From the NCBI GenBank assembly GCA_050084985.1, contig JBITNC010000001.1, forward strand, positions 70,804,001 through 70,868,000: a stretch of 64,000 bases of DNA, written 5' to 3'. Made by a program: the position numbers and the translations under genes. This document shows, one piece after another, positions 25,618-37,700 of this stretch (positions are counted from its first letter, which is position 1; the number at the start of each line of letters is the position of its first letter). A model generated the notes under the pieces. It had not been told where the DNA came from, searched no databases, and worked only from the letters and a program-made list of their open reading frames with translations. The stretch is from Nageia nagi (lineage: Eukaryota; Plantae; Pinophyta).

Positions 25618-26810
25618 GCTACTCCTAGGGTGCCTTATGTCTTCCCCTTCATGTCTTATGTTTGGCCAGCTACTCTTAGGGCACCTTGTGTCTTCCCCTT
25701 CATGCCTTGTATCTACCTAGTTGCTCCTAGGGCATCTCTTTTTGATCCCTTCTCTCCACCTATCGATCATCTCCCTCTACTCCTCCATTCACTATCTTCC
25801 TTCCATGCATGGCTCTGTTGGGGTCCTCATGCCTCTACTTCATCTCCATCTTAGATTTGGCCCTCCCAAGCTTTTGAAAAGGCCCTTATGGGCTAGTAAT
25901 GATCCCTCACAGGCTATCATGGCATGCACCCTTTGCACCCATCAATGCATCCCCTCAAACTTGTGACCCCTTCCACCTCATGGCCTCCTCTTTCTTCAAT
26001 CCACATTTTTTAAGGGGTTTCTTCTCCTTCTTACTCTTTATTTTATCCTCATCTACCTCTTACTATCTACATTAATGGATGACACTACCTTTCTTTAAAA
26101 GAAAATCATCATTTTTTTCTACCAACCCTACCATTCATTAATAAATTTGGACTTCAATGGAGTGCATAGGGATAAAAGTGCTTGCTTGAAAAAGACTCTA
26201 AGTCCAATTTAATGCTTCATCATCATAAAATTTATTTTTAAGGTTCACATTTATGAACTTTAAGCATGGCTAGAAGCAATCTATTAATGACTTTTTTGAA
26301 GTTCAATTCTCATATTGTTTAATTGCAAATAAGGCAATAAATGTTTCTTGAAGATATTTTTTATTTAGTGTTAAAGCTAAGGAAGTGCTCTCTTTTGAGG
26401 TTGAATTTTTTAATTCTTTGATGGTAATTGTCCCTAAGTACTTATTGATTAAAGCATCTTCCTTAAGATCTAAATTAAGTAAAAAGGGGGAAATTTTATG
26501 GATATTTTTATTAAAGCATATTCCTTAAGATCCAAATTAAGTAAAAAGGGGGAAATTTTATGGATATTTTTACTTATTTTTTTGGAAATGATGCATGATG
26601 CATGCTTAAATTTTTAAGCTATGGAATTATGCATGCTTACTAAATTTTTTAAGCTATGGAATGATGCATGCTTACTAATTAAATTTTTAAAACTATGGAA
26701 TGATGCATGCTTATTACTTAAATTTTAAGCTATGGAAAAGATGCATGCTAAGTATTTTATTCTTATGCAAAATTAATGTACTTGTGCAAACTATGGAAAT
26801 GATGCATCTA
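25618..26810. repeat. Tandem repeats in the Copia leader: 51-bp x~2.4 (25618-25740), 62-bp x2 (26448-26572), ~36-bp CTATGGAATGATGCATGCTTA array (26583-26810)
   Basis: Seen directly. Confidence 0.75.
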
Positions 26811-27753
26811 TCCTTTCTTATGAAGGGTTAACTTATGCAAATTATGTAAATGAGGCATATTTATTCTTGAGTATTTATCCTTTTTTTATGAAAAGTTAAC
26901 TTGTACAAGTTATGGACCTATGTAAAGATGTCCTTTAGGGGTTAGTAAATAAAACCCATTAGATCTTAGGTTCCAACTTATGAATGAATTATGTTTCATT
27001 TTAAGATCTTTACTTCATGTTTTGCATTTTTACTTTATTTGCTTATGCAAAAATCATAAACATTGATTGAGAAACCCCCTAAAATGAACACATCCATATG
27101 TACATTTTGCAACATGACTTGTTTGGGAAGTCACGAGGTGAGGATAGGTAGACTGGAGCCTTTAATTCGATGATCCAAATGGTGAAAATTTTGTACTTCT
27201 CAATTGCCCTTAAGTCCTCTGTTAGTCTAGATATAACTCCAATAGGTGGACAAGCATGTGTGTAGTGATACCACATGTTCGCACATCTATTCAAGGATTA
27301 TCTTGATAACCTAAGAGGATAACTTGAAACTTAATCAAGATTAATAATTTATTTGATTCAATATATATCATAACCTTGGAAAATAGTAGGTACTCCTCCT
27401 TGTGAGAGTATATTATTGCCCAAGGTGAACTAGTTGAGGATTAGTAGTACCCGAGCTCCACCTTGCAAGAATCTAGGTGAAGGCCTAATTTTAGATAAGA
27501 AAACAAGCCTCAATAATATCAATATTTATTTACAATTCTTGGTGATGAAAAAATTGTTGGGTGTATGGGTTGTTTATGAGTTTCTATTGTAAACATTTTC
27601 ACTTGTGAAGTTTGTTAAGCATGTCCTTTTATTAAACTTAACATGTATGATTGATTTACTTGAATAAATCTAAAATATATATGTATGATTAAAACTAAAC
27701 ATGTAAAATTATTTTAAACCACATGCTTAGTTTTTCACATTCTTGTGTAGCAA

Positions 27754-30700
27754 ATGGAAAATACCTTCTTACTCAAACATATTCCTGATGGTTCCAACTT
27801 TGGTATTTGGGAACCTTCGATGAGAACTGAATTGTAGGCAAGGAAGATTTGGCAAATAGTTAATGAGAACTTAGTTGATTCTATATATGAGAAGGCACTT
27901 GAGGCATACAACATAAAGAATGAATTAGCAACCTTCATGATTTTCCATGCAGTGTCAGATGATGTGCTCCTTATGATCTCATCCTTAACCTCCATGAAGG
28001 AAGCTTGGAAAAAGCTTAAGAAAAATTACATTAGATCTAAGTTCTCTAGAAAGTTCACTATTCTCCAAAATTTGCTTCAACTCATCAAGGAGAAGATGAA
28101 AATGTTGCCATATACTTGAACAAAATCATTGACCTTAAGACCCAACTTGTTTCTTGTCAGTGCAATTGGATCAATGATGAGTTCATGGTCTTCATCATTC
28201 TCTAAAGCCTCTCTTCAAAGTTTGGTACTTTATGATAATAATTGAGACTAGGATTATTGATGAAGAAGAAGTATCCTCCCTCAAGAACCTTTCAAGGATC
28301 CTTTTGAAGCATGAGAATACTCTTAACAAAAAGGTATTGATATTTTCTCCAAAGGATAAAAATGTTGGTCTAGGAGCAACCAAAACTCCTTTCAATAAGA
28401 AGTTCAATCATCATAAGAAATCTTATCCTTCTTCCTCCAAAAAGTTTGAGAAAAGGGGCAACAAAAATAACAACGACTACTTCAAGAAAAGAGATGGAAA
28501 AGGCAAGGCAAGCAAACCAAATCTTAAGGCAAAGTTAAATGGAAATTGTAACTTTTGTAGCATCTATGGTCACAAAAAATTTGATTGCTACAAAAAGAAA
28601 ATATAAGAAAAGAACAAGGGAGATAGAAATGTAAAGGACTTCAATGGGAAGAAGAATATAAAATATGGATTTACTATTGCATTCTACTTCATGACTCATT
28701 CTTTTTCATCTAATTAGATTGTTGACTCTAGTTGCACTAATCACTTATGCTTTAAAAAAAATAAGTTTGAAAATTTTAACAAGTATAGAAACAATGCATT
28801 TGTGATAGGTGATAATTCCATCCTTGAAGTCTAAGGAATTGGAAGTGTGTTAATTCATAGGAAGGTTCTTGAAAATGTGCTCTATGTTCCTAAGCTAAGG
28901 ATGAATCTTCTTTCCATGATTCAAGTTGTAAGAAAAGAGTACTCATTTGAGTTCAACTTAGGCTCCTAGTGCATTAAGAAGGGACTTGCCATGTTGGTTA
29001 AAGGATCAGTGAAAGATTATCTCTACTTATGGATCAAGTTCCAATAAAGATCTGTCTTGCTACAAATGTGTGTTCTAGAGGCAATCTTTAACACCAACAT
29101 TTAGAGCACCTTAACCATAAGAGTATTAAAGTCATTAATTGCTAAGAACTTGTGGAAGTTTTGCCTTCAATTTCAACTTCAATTGGCCTATGTGAGAAGT
29201 GCATCTTAGACAAGACGAATAGACAAAGGTTCAAAAAACATAAGGCAACAAGGGTATTTCAACCTCTTCAGTTTTTGCACCTAGATTTGATGGACCTATT
29301 TCAAACTAAGTCACTTGGGGGAGCATCTTATGTCTTGACCTTCATTGATTACTTTAGTAGGATGACTTTTTCCTATATACTTGAGCACAAGGATCAAACC
29401 TTTGAGAGTTTTAAAAATTTTAAGGCCATAGTTGAAAATCAAACTAACCTTAAAATAAATATGTTAAGATCAAATAATGGGGGAGAATATAATAACAATG
29501 AGTTCAATAACTATTGTGCTAAGTACAAAATCAAAAGGTAGTTTATAATTCCATACACTCCTCAATAGAATGATGTTATCAAAAGGAAAAATAGGATAAT
29601 TATGGAAATTGCTAGATACATGTTGGGTAATCTTCCTAGTTTCTTATGGGGTGAAGTTGTGAGCATTGCTATTTAACCTTGAATAGGTGTTCCACAAAAT
29701 TTTTTCATGGTAAAACTCTTTTTGAGGCTTGGTTAGGAATAAAACCTAACATTTCTCACCTTAGGGTGTTTGGATGTGATTCATTCTCCTACATTGTTTA
29801 TGAGAAAAGGAAAAAGTTAGAAAAAAGAGCTAAAAGGTAAATCTTTGTGGGTTATGATAGTTAGCATAGAGGCTATTGGCTCTACTCTCCATCCTACAAA
29901 GGAGTATTGATATCAAGGGATGGAAAGTTCAATGAACTTCCTAAAGAACCTACTTCTAATGAGAATGTTGATAATCCAAATGACTCACTAGTTGCACCTA
30001 GCTAGTTGAATATTGATGTAGAAAAGTCACTCCAAGAGCAAAATTCTCTAACATAAAGGATAAATAGGAGCATGACCTTGAACAAATATTTATTTTTCAA
30101 AATTGATAACAAAAATGAGCCTTCATCATTCAAAGAAGCTTCAAAGCATGAGTGGTAGATGGAAGACATGAAAGTAGAATATGAGGTGCTTATGAAAAAT
30201 GAAACTTGGGACTTGGTTCCTTATCCCAATGAGAAGAAGATGATTAGCAATAAATGGATCTACAAGGTCAAGTTCAATTCAGTTGGAGATATTAAGAAAT
30301 ACAAAGCAAGGTTACTAGCCAAAGGTTTTGCTCAAAAATATGGTGTTGATTATAAGGAAACCTTTGCTTCCATGGCAAAGATGCCTACCGTTAGAATTAT
30401 CCTTACTCTTTTAGCAGCTCAAGGATGGAAAGTTTTTCAATTTTACATCAAGAGTTCATTTCTTAATGGTTAATTAGATGTAAAAATATACATGAATCAA
30501 CTAGAAGGGTTTATTATTGAAGGTAAAGAGTCTTTTATGTGCAAGCTAAAGAAGTCATTGTATGGACTTAAGCAAGTACCTAAAGCCTGGTATAAGAAGA
30601 TTTTAGGATACTTTGTAAACATTGAATTCTCTAAGTGCTTTTTTGACTCTAATCTATATGTGCTCAATCAAGAAAAAAATGTGGTATTATTTCCCCTTTA

Positions 30701-31660
30701 TGTGGATGATCTCATGATAAATGGGAACAATGATGAAATCATTCAAGAGTGCATATCCAAACTTAAGATAACATTTGAAATGACTAATCTTGGTCTCTTG
30801 AACTACTACCTTAAAATGCAAGTGCATTGATACAAGGATTGTACCTATCTTATTCAATCCAAATATATATCAAACATCTTTCAAAATTTTAGAATGGAGG
30901 ATTGTAGACATGTTGTGATCCTAGTCTCTCTTGGAATCAATATTTCTCTTAGCTCCAACTATCAGTTGGTAGATGCTACATCTTATAGGAACTTAATTGG
31001 TAGTCTTCAGTTTTTGATTATTTTTAGGCTAGATATTACCTTTGTAGTGAATCTAATAGCACAATTAATGTAGAAACCATATGTTGAACACATCAATGCT
31101 ATTAATTAGACCTTAAGGTATGTTGTAGGGATGAAGGATCTTGCTCTCAAGTATTCTAAGTTGCCTTTGTTTGTTCTCTTAGGGTTCTCAAATTTTTATT
31201 ATGGGGGAGATAGAGATGATAGGAAATTAACATCTGCATATATTTTTAGCATTGGTTTAGTTGCTATCTCTTGGGCCTTTAGGAAGCAACCTACTATTTC
31301 TCTTTCCGTTATAGAAGTCAAATACCATGCCATGTCTATTGCAACCCAATAAGCTATTTAGCTAAGGCATATTTTGAAAGAAATTGGGTATGAGAAAGCT
31401 AGCCCATATCTGATTTATTCAAATAATTAGTTGACTATTTCTTTGGCTAATAATCTAGTGTTTCATCAAAGAACAAAACATGTGGAAATCCAATCCTATT
31501 TCATAATGAAAAGGTTCTTGATGACATCATACACCTATAGTATTTTCCATCAACCTTGAACTTTGCTGATTTATTCACCAAGCCCCTCCCTAAAGCTTGG
31601 TTTAACAAGCTTAAGGATCCTATTGGGTTGGTGAAGTTTCCCTCAAGAGGAGTGAAGTAT
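27754..31660 (+). pseudogene. Copia gag-pol pseudogene (gag, zinc knuckle, protease, integrase, RT, RNase H)
   Basis: CNFCSIYGHKKFDC; IVDSSCTNHL; LHLDLMD..SLGGASYVLTFIDYFSR, LRSNNGGEY; KNETWDLVP, KYKARLLAKGFAQKYGVDY, LKKSLYGLKQ, YVDDL; DRDDRKLTS, KQPTISLS. Many stops and frameshifts. Confidence 0.92.
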
Positions 31661-32942
31661 GAATTCTTATGTTAAATTCATGTTTATGATGACAACTTCA
31701 CCTCTAGGAGGATTTTATATTGTATAGTGTTGATTTTGTTGTATGCCTTTGTGGTAAGTTTGCTCTGTGTGAGGAAATTATTGTATAAATTTTAGAGCAA
31801 AAGATTGGCCAATCTAGCATTATTCAATTATCCATGTGTGAGGAACTCATATGTGTATTTTGGCACTATTTAATTATCTATATGTGAGGAACTCGTATGT
31901 GTATTTTATTATGCTCTATTTGGTAATATTAATCAACATATATTTTGTATACATTAGGTGACTATAAGTATTAGCTTGGCATCCTCATGATAACTTATAG
32001 TGCACCATTGATCAATTATGATAGCATTTATTTGATTCATATACCCTTATTTATATGAATATGTTACATTTAACTGATCTTATTATTTGAGCTGCTTATG
32101 ACTTGCAAGTTCTTTTAAGATTATAGGTTACTTACTTCGAGTGTGCAAGCTCATGGAGACTCATCATGAATTCCATTTGGATGACTACTTTATGTACATT
32201 AAAATTGATTATGGTTAATGATTGTATTGTAAACCATTTGTTAAAATAGTAAAGTAGTGAGTCTCAAACTAGATCTTGCTTACTTCACAAAGATGTAAAA
32301 AGTTCTCATTTCCAATTGTATCTATTTGGAGGAGAACTCTCTTACTCTCTCTCTTTCTTCTCTCTTATTTGCTCTATCCTAATATTTCATTAAGTGGAAG
32401 TGTTTGAATGTATAATGCATGATTGTAAAGGTTTTGTAATAATCCTCTTTGTAAATTCACTAATACTTAATGGTATCATTAGATACCTTAAGTATTTAAG
32501 TGAATATGATAATGTAACTTGTCCTACACCATGTCATGATCATGCCCCTTGGGTAAAATGGAGTAGCATGTAATGCCTTTGCACAATGGTTAAATGGGTG
32601 ATCCAAAGGAGGATTTTGGCCTATAAATAAAAGGCCTCATCTTTGAGATCACTCATCAATTTGTGAAGCAAAGTTATGCTCTAGGATAGTGTTTAGGAGA
32701 TGAAATTAGGAGGATTGTAAGAGAATTATCTTTGTGAATGAAGTAAGATCTAGTTAGTGGATGTACTCCTAGTTGGAGGAACCACTTTACATTTTGAGTT
32801 ATCTTGTGAGAGTCTTTATGCTTTAGAATAATGTTGAATGTGTGAGCTTTCATATAATCTAGGGAACTTAGGATTATTTTAGTATAAGTTCAATCCCTTT
32901 AGTTTAGAATACTAGAGTAGGGTTTTTTGGATGTACATTAAA

Positions 32943-32960
32943 TGGTAAACCCAATGTGAA
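32943..32960 (+). promoter_or_regulatory. Primer-binding site complementary to tRNA-Trp
   Basis: TGGTAAACCCAATGTGAA versus the complement of the plant cytosolic tRNA-Trp 3' end as I recall it, TGGTGAACCCGACGTGAA: 15/18, all three differences are transitions; starts 5 nt after the LTR end. Confidence 0.7.
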
Positions 32961-33277
32961 CTCTAACTACTACTTAGATATGATGTTTTCTCAACTTTTT
33001 CAAACTTTTAGTTCAAATTTGGATTTCTTGATTTTTAAAGTTAACCATCAAAAGTGAGTGAATTTACAAATTTTCAAGATATAATAGGTAAACTTGGGTG
33101 TGATTTGAATAGGAAACCACTATGGAAGGGGTGAATTAGTTTGAGAGTTTGAAGATTGAATTTATCCATTTTCATCCAAGTGTAGTCCTCATTACAGCTT
33201 GTACTAGGAATATTATGCCTAAAAGGAGAATTAGGCACTATAGACTAAGTTTTCAAAGCTAAAATACATTTTTGACC

Positions 33278-33560
33278 AAGTGTACTACATCCCATACTAG
33301 GTGCACTGCACCTTGCACATAATACACTAGGTGTATTATGCCCTAACTTAGGTGCACTACATATTGACCCAAGAGCCCTAAACACATTGCATCACATCCT
33401 AGGTGCACTACACCCTAAAAATTACATAAAATTCAGCCTTGAGGTGATCCTAAATGTACTACATAACATCTTAGAAGCATTAAGCCTCATTCTATGTACA
33501 TTGCACCTCATTGAAAAGCCAAAATCCACTTTTAGAAAGTCCCAAATGCACCGTACCTCA
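33278..33560. repeat. Array of CTAGGTGCACTACACC-like motifs in the Tat 5' UTR
   Basis: About 8 degenerate copies of (TAG)GTG(C/T)ACT(A/G)CA(C/T)C. Confidence 0.65.
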
Positions 33561-34744
33561 AGATAGAGGGTATTTTCTTAGAAAAATAAACCATGCACAA
33601 ATCTAACAGTGCATCATAGTAGTGAACTAATTATTTTTGTATTAATATTTAGTTTTTGGATTATCATAGCCAAGTAGACCATTGTAAATACCCAGGGGGT
33701 TGTGATCACACTCATGTTGAAAGTGTGAACCCATTTTTATTTATTATTTATGATATGCCTTGGTGATTGACACATTTTCAAAAGCCCTTTCATTTGGTGA
33801 GAGACTTGAAACCTATTTAGAATTACACCTTGGAGCAAGAGGGAATGTTAGTGTTTAAGTAATAATTTGAAGTACTTTAAGTATCTGGTCCATACTATTT
33901 ATTTATTCTTTGCATCCTAGGGTTGTCTTTCATTTTGTGTTGATTTTAGTGAAAATATTGCATTCATCTTAGGGGGTATTGTTGCATCTACAAGGAAATT
34001 ACTTTGGATATAAAATTTAAATCTTAAAAAAAGATTTTCCTTACTATTAGAACTTGTGTGTTATTTACTTCTTTCATTCAAAATCATCATTTTTATATTA
34101 ATTTGATTTACAAAAGAAAAATAGTCTCAAAAGAGTATAAATTGGGTGGGATTGCCAAGCCTTATTAAGGGAATAGGATTTGCATTTCATCATAGTATTG
34201 CATTTTCATATTTTCTTAATCACATTAAATTCCATCACAATCCTAGGGAGTATCTAGGGCACATGGATTTTATTTCCATGACCTAACCCATACTTAGAAT
34301 TGAAAAATGAATTAGGAGCCCCCATTTTATTTAGGATAACTTCCTATAGAGGGTACCTAAGACACCCTATAAAATATTTTACCCATAGAGATTGAGCCTT
34401 ACCTTTATAAATGCTTGAATAACATCATATTATAGGGAAATGTAAAAAAATATAAGTCAAAATTAACACTTGTATTAAAATCAACCAAAATTAAAAAGAT
34501 AAAGAGTCTAATTGAACAAATAAGTAACTAGAAAAGTAAATGAAAATTGCTATCTACAATAATTACTATCTTCATTTAGACTTGCATTTCATATTAAGTT
34601 GATTGGTTAAGTTGCATTCACACTAAAGCAAGATTTAATCTTAATATATCATAATCTTGGTGTTGTTTATCTATTTCCATTTTGAGCAAGTTTTAGTTCA
34701 ATTTTGCTTATTTTATTTTAAAGTTTATCTTTGTAGACCTCTAA

Positions 34745-37700
34745 ATGGATTCTAATTCCTCCATGGATTTAGTTTGGTGGGATTAAAATCCCACCATTGG
34801 GGTGGTTGAGATAAGGTATCAAACTCAAAAAAAGAAGGATGATAATGTTGTAAAAGAATAGAATGTTCCTAGCATTGATAATGAATCCATCGAATTCACC
34901 CAAGCCATTCAAAATTTTTAGAGGCTCACTCCAAATGAATCAACAAAAGTGATGGAATTAGTAAATAATACTTTTTTTCCTCCAACTTAGTCCTACCCAT
35001 AAGGCTAAAAGATACCAAGAAATGTTCCAATATGGTCTGATCAATATAATTATGCAATTGTAGATGAACATGAGCTTGCAAAGGCTATAGGTAAACTTTT
35101 TGCTCAACCAATAATTAATAAACAAAATACAAATACATCTAATTGGTATCAAGAAACTTTGTATCAATTGAGAAATAGAAAGCTTGAACCATATACCACT
35201 TTTGATCCATCAAATCCTCAAAATTCACCTATAGCACAAAATATTGGCCAAGGATGGCTCCCTCCATAATATTGTAGCTTACCTACCATCCAAAAACCTA
35301 TATTTAAAGTACCATATCATTCCAAAGAACCTCCTATTGTGCAAAATATAAAGTTAAATACTAACCTAAAAAATTTCTAAAAAAATATAGAAAAGGCATA
35401 AAAAAAATTTAGTAGGAGGTTATCCCAAGATAACCAAAGTATTTCCCAACAATCCCTAAGAATTGTACAATAAAATTTCCAAAACTTAGTGCCCAATTTT
35501 CAAAATGTTATACAACAACCATCACCTCTTCCATTTCAAATGGAAATAATTTCAAATCAACCAAATTATTCTCAAAATGTTGCCACCCAAAACCAACCAA
35601 ATGTTCCAAATAATGCCATTTTCAATTCACAAGTTCTACCCAACCAAGGGGTATAGAAGATAGATCCAAATGTTAAAATGCTCAAACCTATTCTTAATAC
35701 CTTCAACCAAGTCAATCTTAATGATTGGGAAAACCTTGGCCAAATGTTTGTGCATCTAGAAATAAATACTCAAAATGTGCAATATCAAAATATGGCCAAC
35801 TTCCAAAATGTTCCTACCCATAACACCTCTCATTTCCAAAGTTCTTCTCAAAATTACATGCAAAAGCAAACTGAAGCAAAATCTAGCCAAAATCAAACCC
35901 AAGGCAATCCTCTAGAAGATAATGTAACTTCATCTCCCATGGAAATTATGTAAAAATTGATGGAGCAAATGCAACAACTAATGATTTAAACATAAATGAC
36001 CAATGTGTAACATAATCAACCTTAAGATCCTCCATAAGGTGCACAAAACTCCTATGGGCTAAACATGCAAAATCAGGCCCAAAATACACAACAACCTTAT
36101 GGAAAAAATATGCAATATCAATCTCAAGGTCCATAACAAGTTTATGATAAAAATGTGCAACAAAGTTTTGGGAAAAATACACAATGGTGGTATTTGGGAT
36201 AACAAGGTAACTTTTATAGTACTAATGCACATTTATTTTAAATACAATTAAGTTTATTTAATAACCCCTAGTTAGAATATCAATTTAAGTCCCATGGGGA
36301 AGCAAGTGGGGGACCAAATCAACATTATGGTGGATCAAATCCACCCTATGGAGGGCCAAATTAATCCAATATGAGAAATTAATATAGAATCATGAAGAGG
36401 CTACAAGAACTAGAAGCATAATTTAATAGCCAAGGGGTTCTAAAATTAGTTATGGGATGATTTGCAATGAGCCAATTAATCCTTGGTTACCAATGAGGCA
36501 ACATCCAAAAAAATCCAAAATACTTAAAATTTAAAAGTAAAGAGGACCCCAAGGAGCACTTGATGCACTTCAAGTATGCATGTTATCAAATAGCTAATGA
36601 TGATACTCTTTTATTGAGAACCTTTCCGATGACCCTTGGTGGTCAAGCAATGAATTTGTATAATTTGTTACCTCAATATTGTTTATATATATTTGAGCAA
36701 TTAGATAGCCTCTTTCTTGAACTTTTTTCCATCAATATCAATAAGAGGTTATCAATCACAAATATTATGAATTTATCTGAATTTGATCAAGAATCTATAT
36801 CGAATTATATTTCTTAATGGAGGTATTTAATCATAGATATAAACTTATCATTTCCTTAGGAAGAGTTAGTGAGATTATTTAGAAAGAGTTACAGCAAATA
36901 AATCTCCACTCTTATTAAATTTTAACAACTAAGGACCTTTGAGGATACTATTTCTCAATAAAAAATTATAGAAGAAGTGGTGATACAAAATGGAGAGCTT
37001 AAATTGGCCAAAAAAGAATATAACAATAGAAAATGATACTAATAATGGCTCAAATCAATCAAGTAATCCTCTAAGCACCATCATAGCCTCAATTACAAAC
37101 CATAGAATAAAATTAATTAAGTTTGCCAAATCAGTATTATAATTAGAATCAACACTAGAATCAATATTTGGAGAAATCTTAAAGGAAATAGAGCAAGTTC
37201 ACATCGTTGGGAGAACCCTTATCCTAAATATTCATAAAATTGAATTATGCTAAAGTGTTAAAGCTACCAAAAGTTAAATGGAATCCAAGTTGGGCCTCAA
37301 GACCTTGGTACAAGGATGATGAATTTTACGAAATCTATACAGTTTAAGGTTATAGTACTAATTGATGCATGTATTTGAGAAAAGTGGTACACAAATTCAT
37401 TGATACTAGGAAATTGGTCCTCCTTAATTGCACATCTTCAACTCCGAATGCAAATCTACAAGTCTATCAAAACTCATTACCCCAATGAAATGTAAATCAT
37501 GTAGAGACTACAAGGTATTACAATTAATCTCTATCACAACAAATATCACTTATAATTATGGGTCACATCAATAATAGTTACAACAAGCAAAATAATCACA
37601 TTTTTTTGGAATAGTCAATATAGCAATAAGGGCACATCATTATAAGGATAAAGGAAAAGGAAATAAGCAAGATTGAACTCAATAGGAAAATATGGAGGAT

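Larger units (their letters stand above)
24378..32901 (+). mobile_element. Full-length decayed Ty1/Copia element (8524 bp)
   Basis: LTRs 24378-24880 and 32401-32901; PBS TGGTATCAGAGCC 24883-24895; PPT TAAGTGGAAG 32391-32400; perfect TSD GTTTA; LTRs differ at roughly 10 of the first 120 nt by eye. Confidence 0.94.
21432..32937 (+). repeat. 5' LTR of the plus-strand Tat element in three pieces (21432-21935, 23743-24377, 32907-32937; ~1170 bp reconstructed)
   Basis: Pieces rejoin at TSDs TTTGA and GTTTA; terminal inverted repeat TGTAGACACCAAAAA / TTTTTGGATGTACA. Confidence 0.75.
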
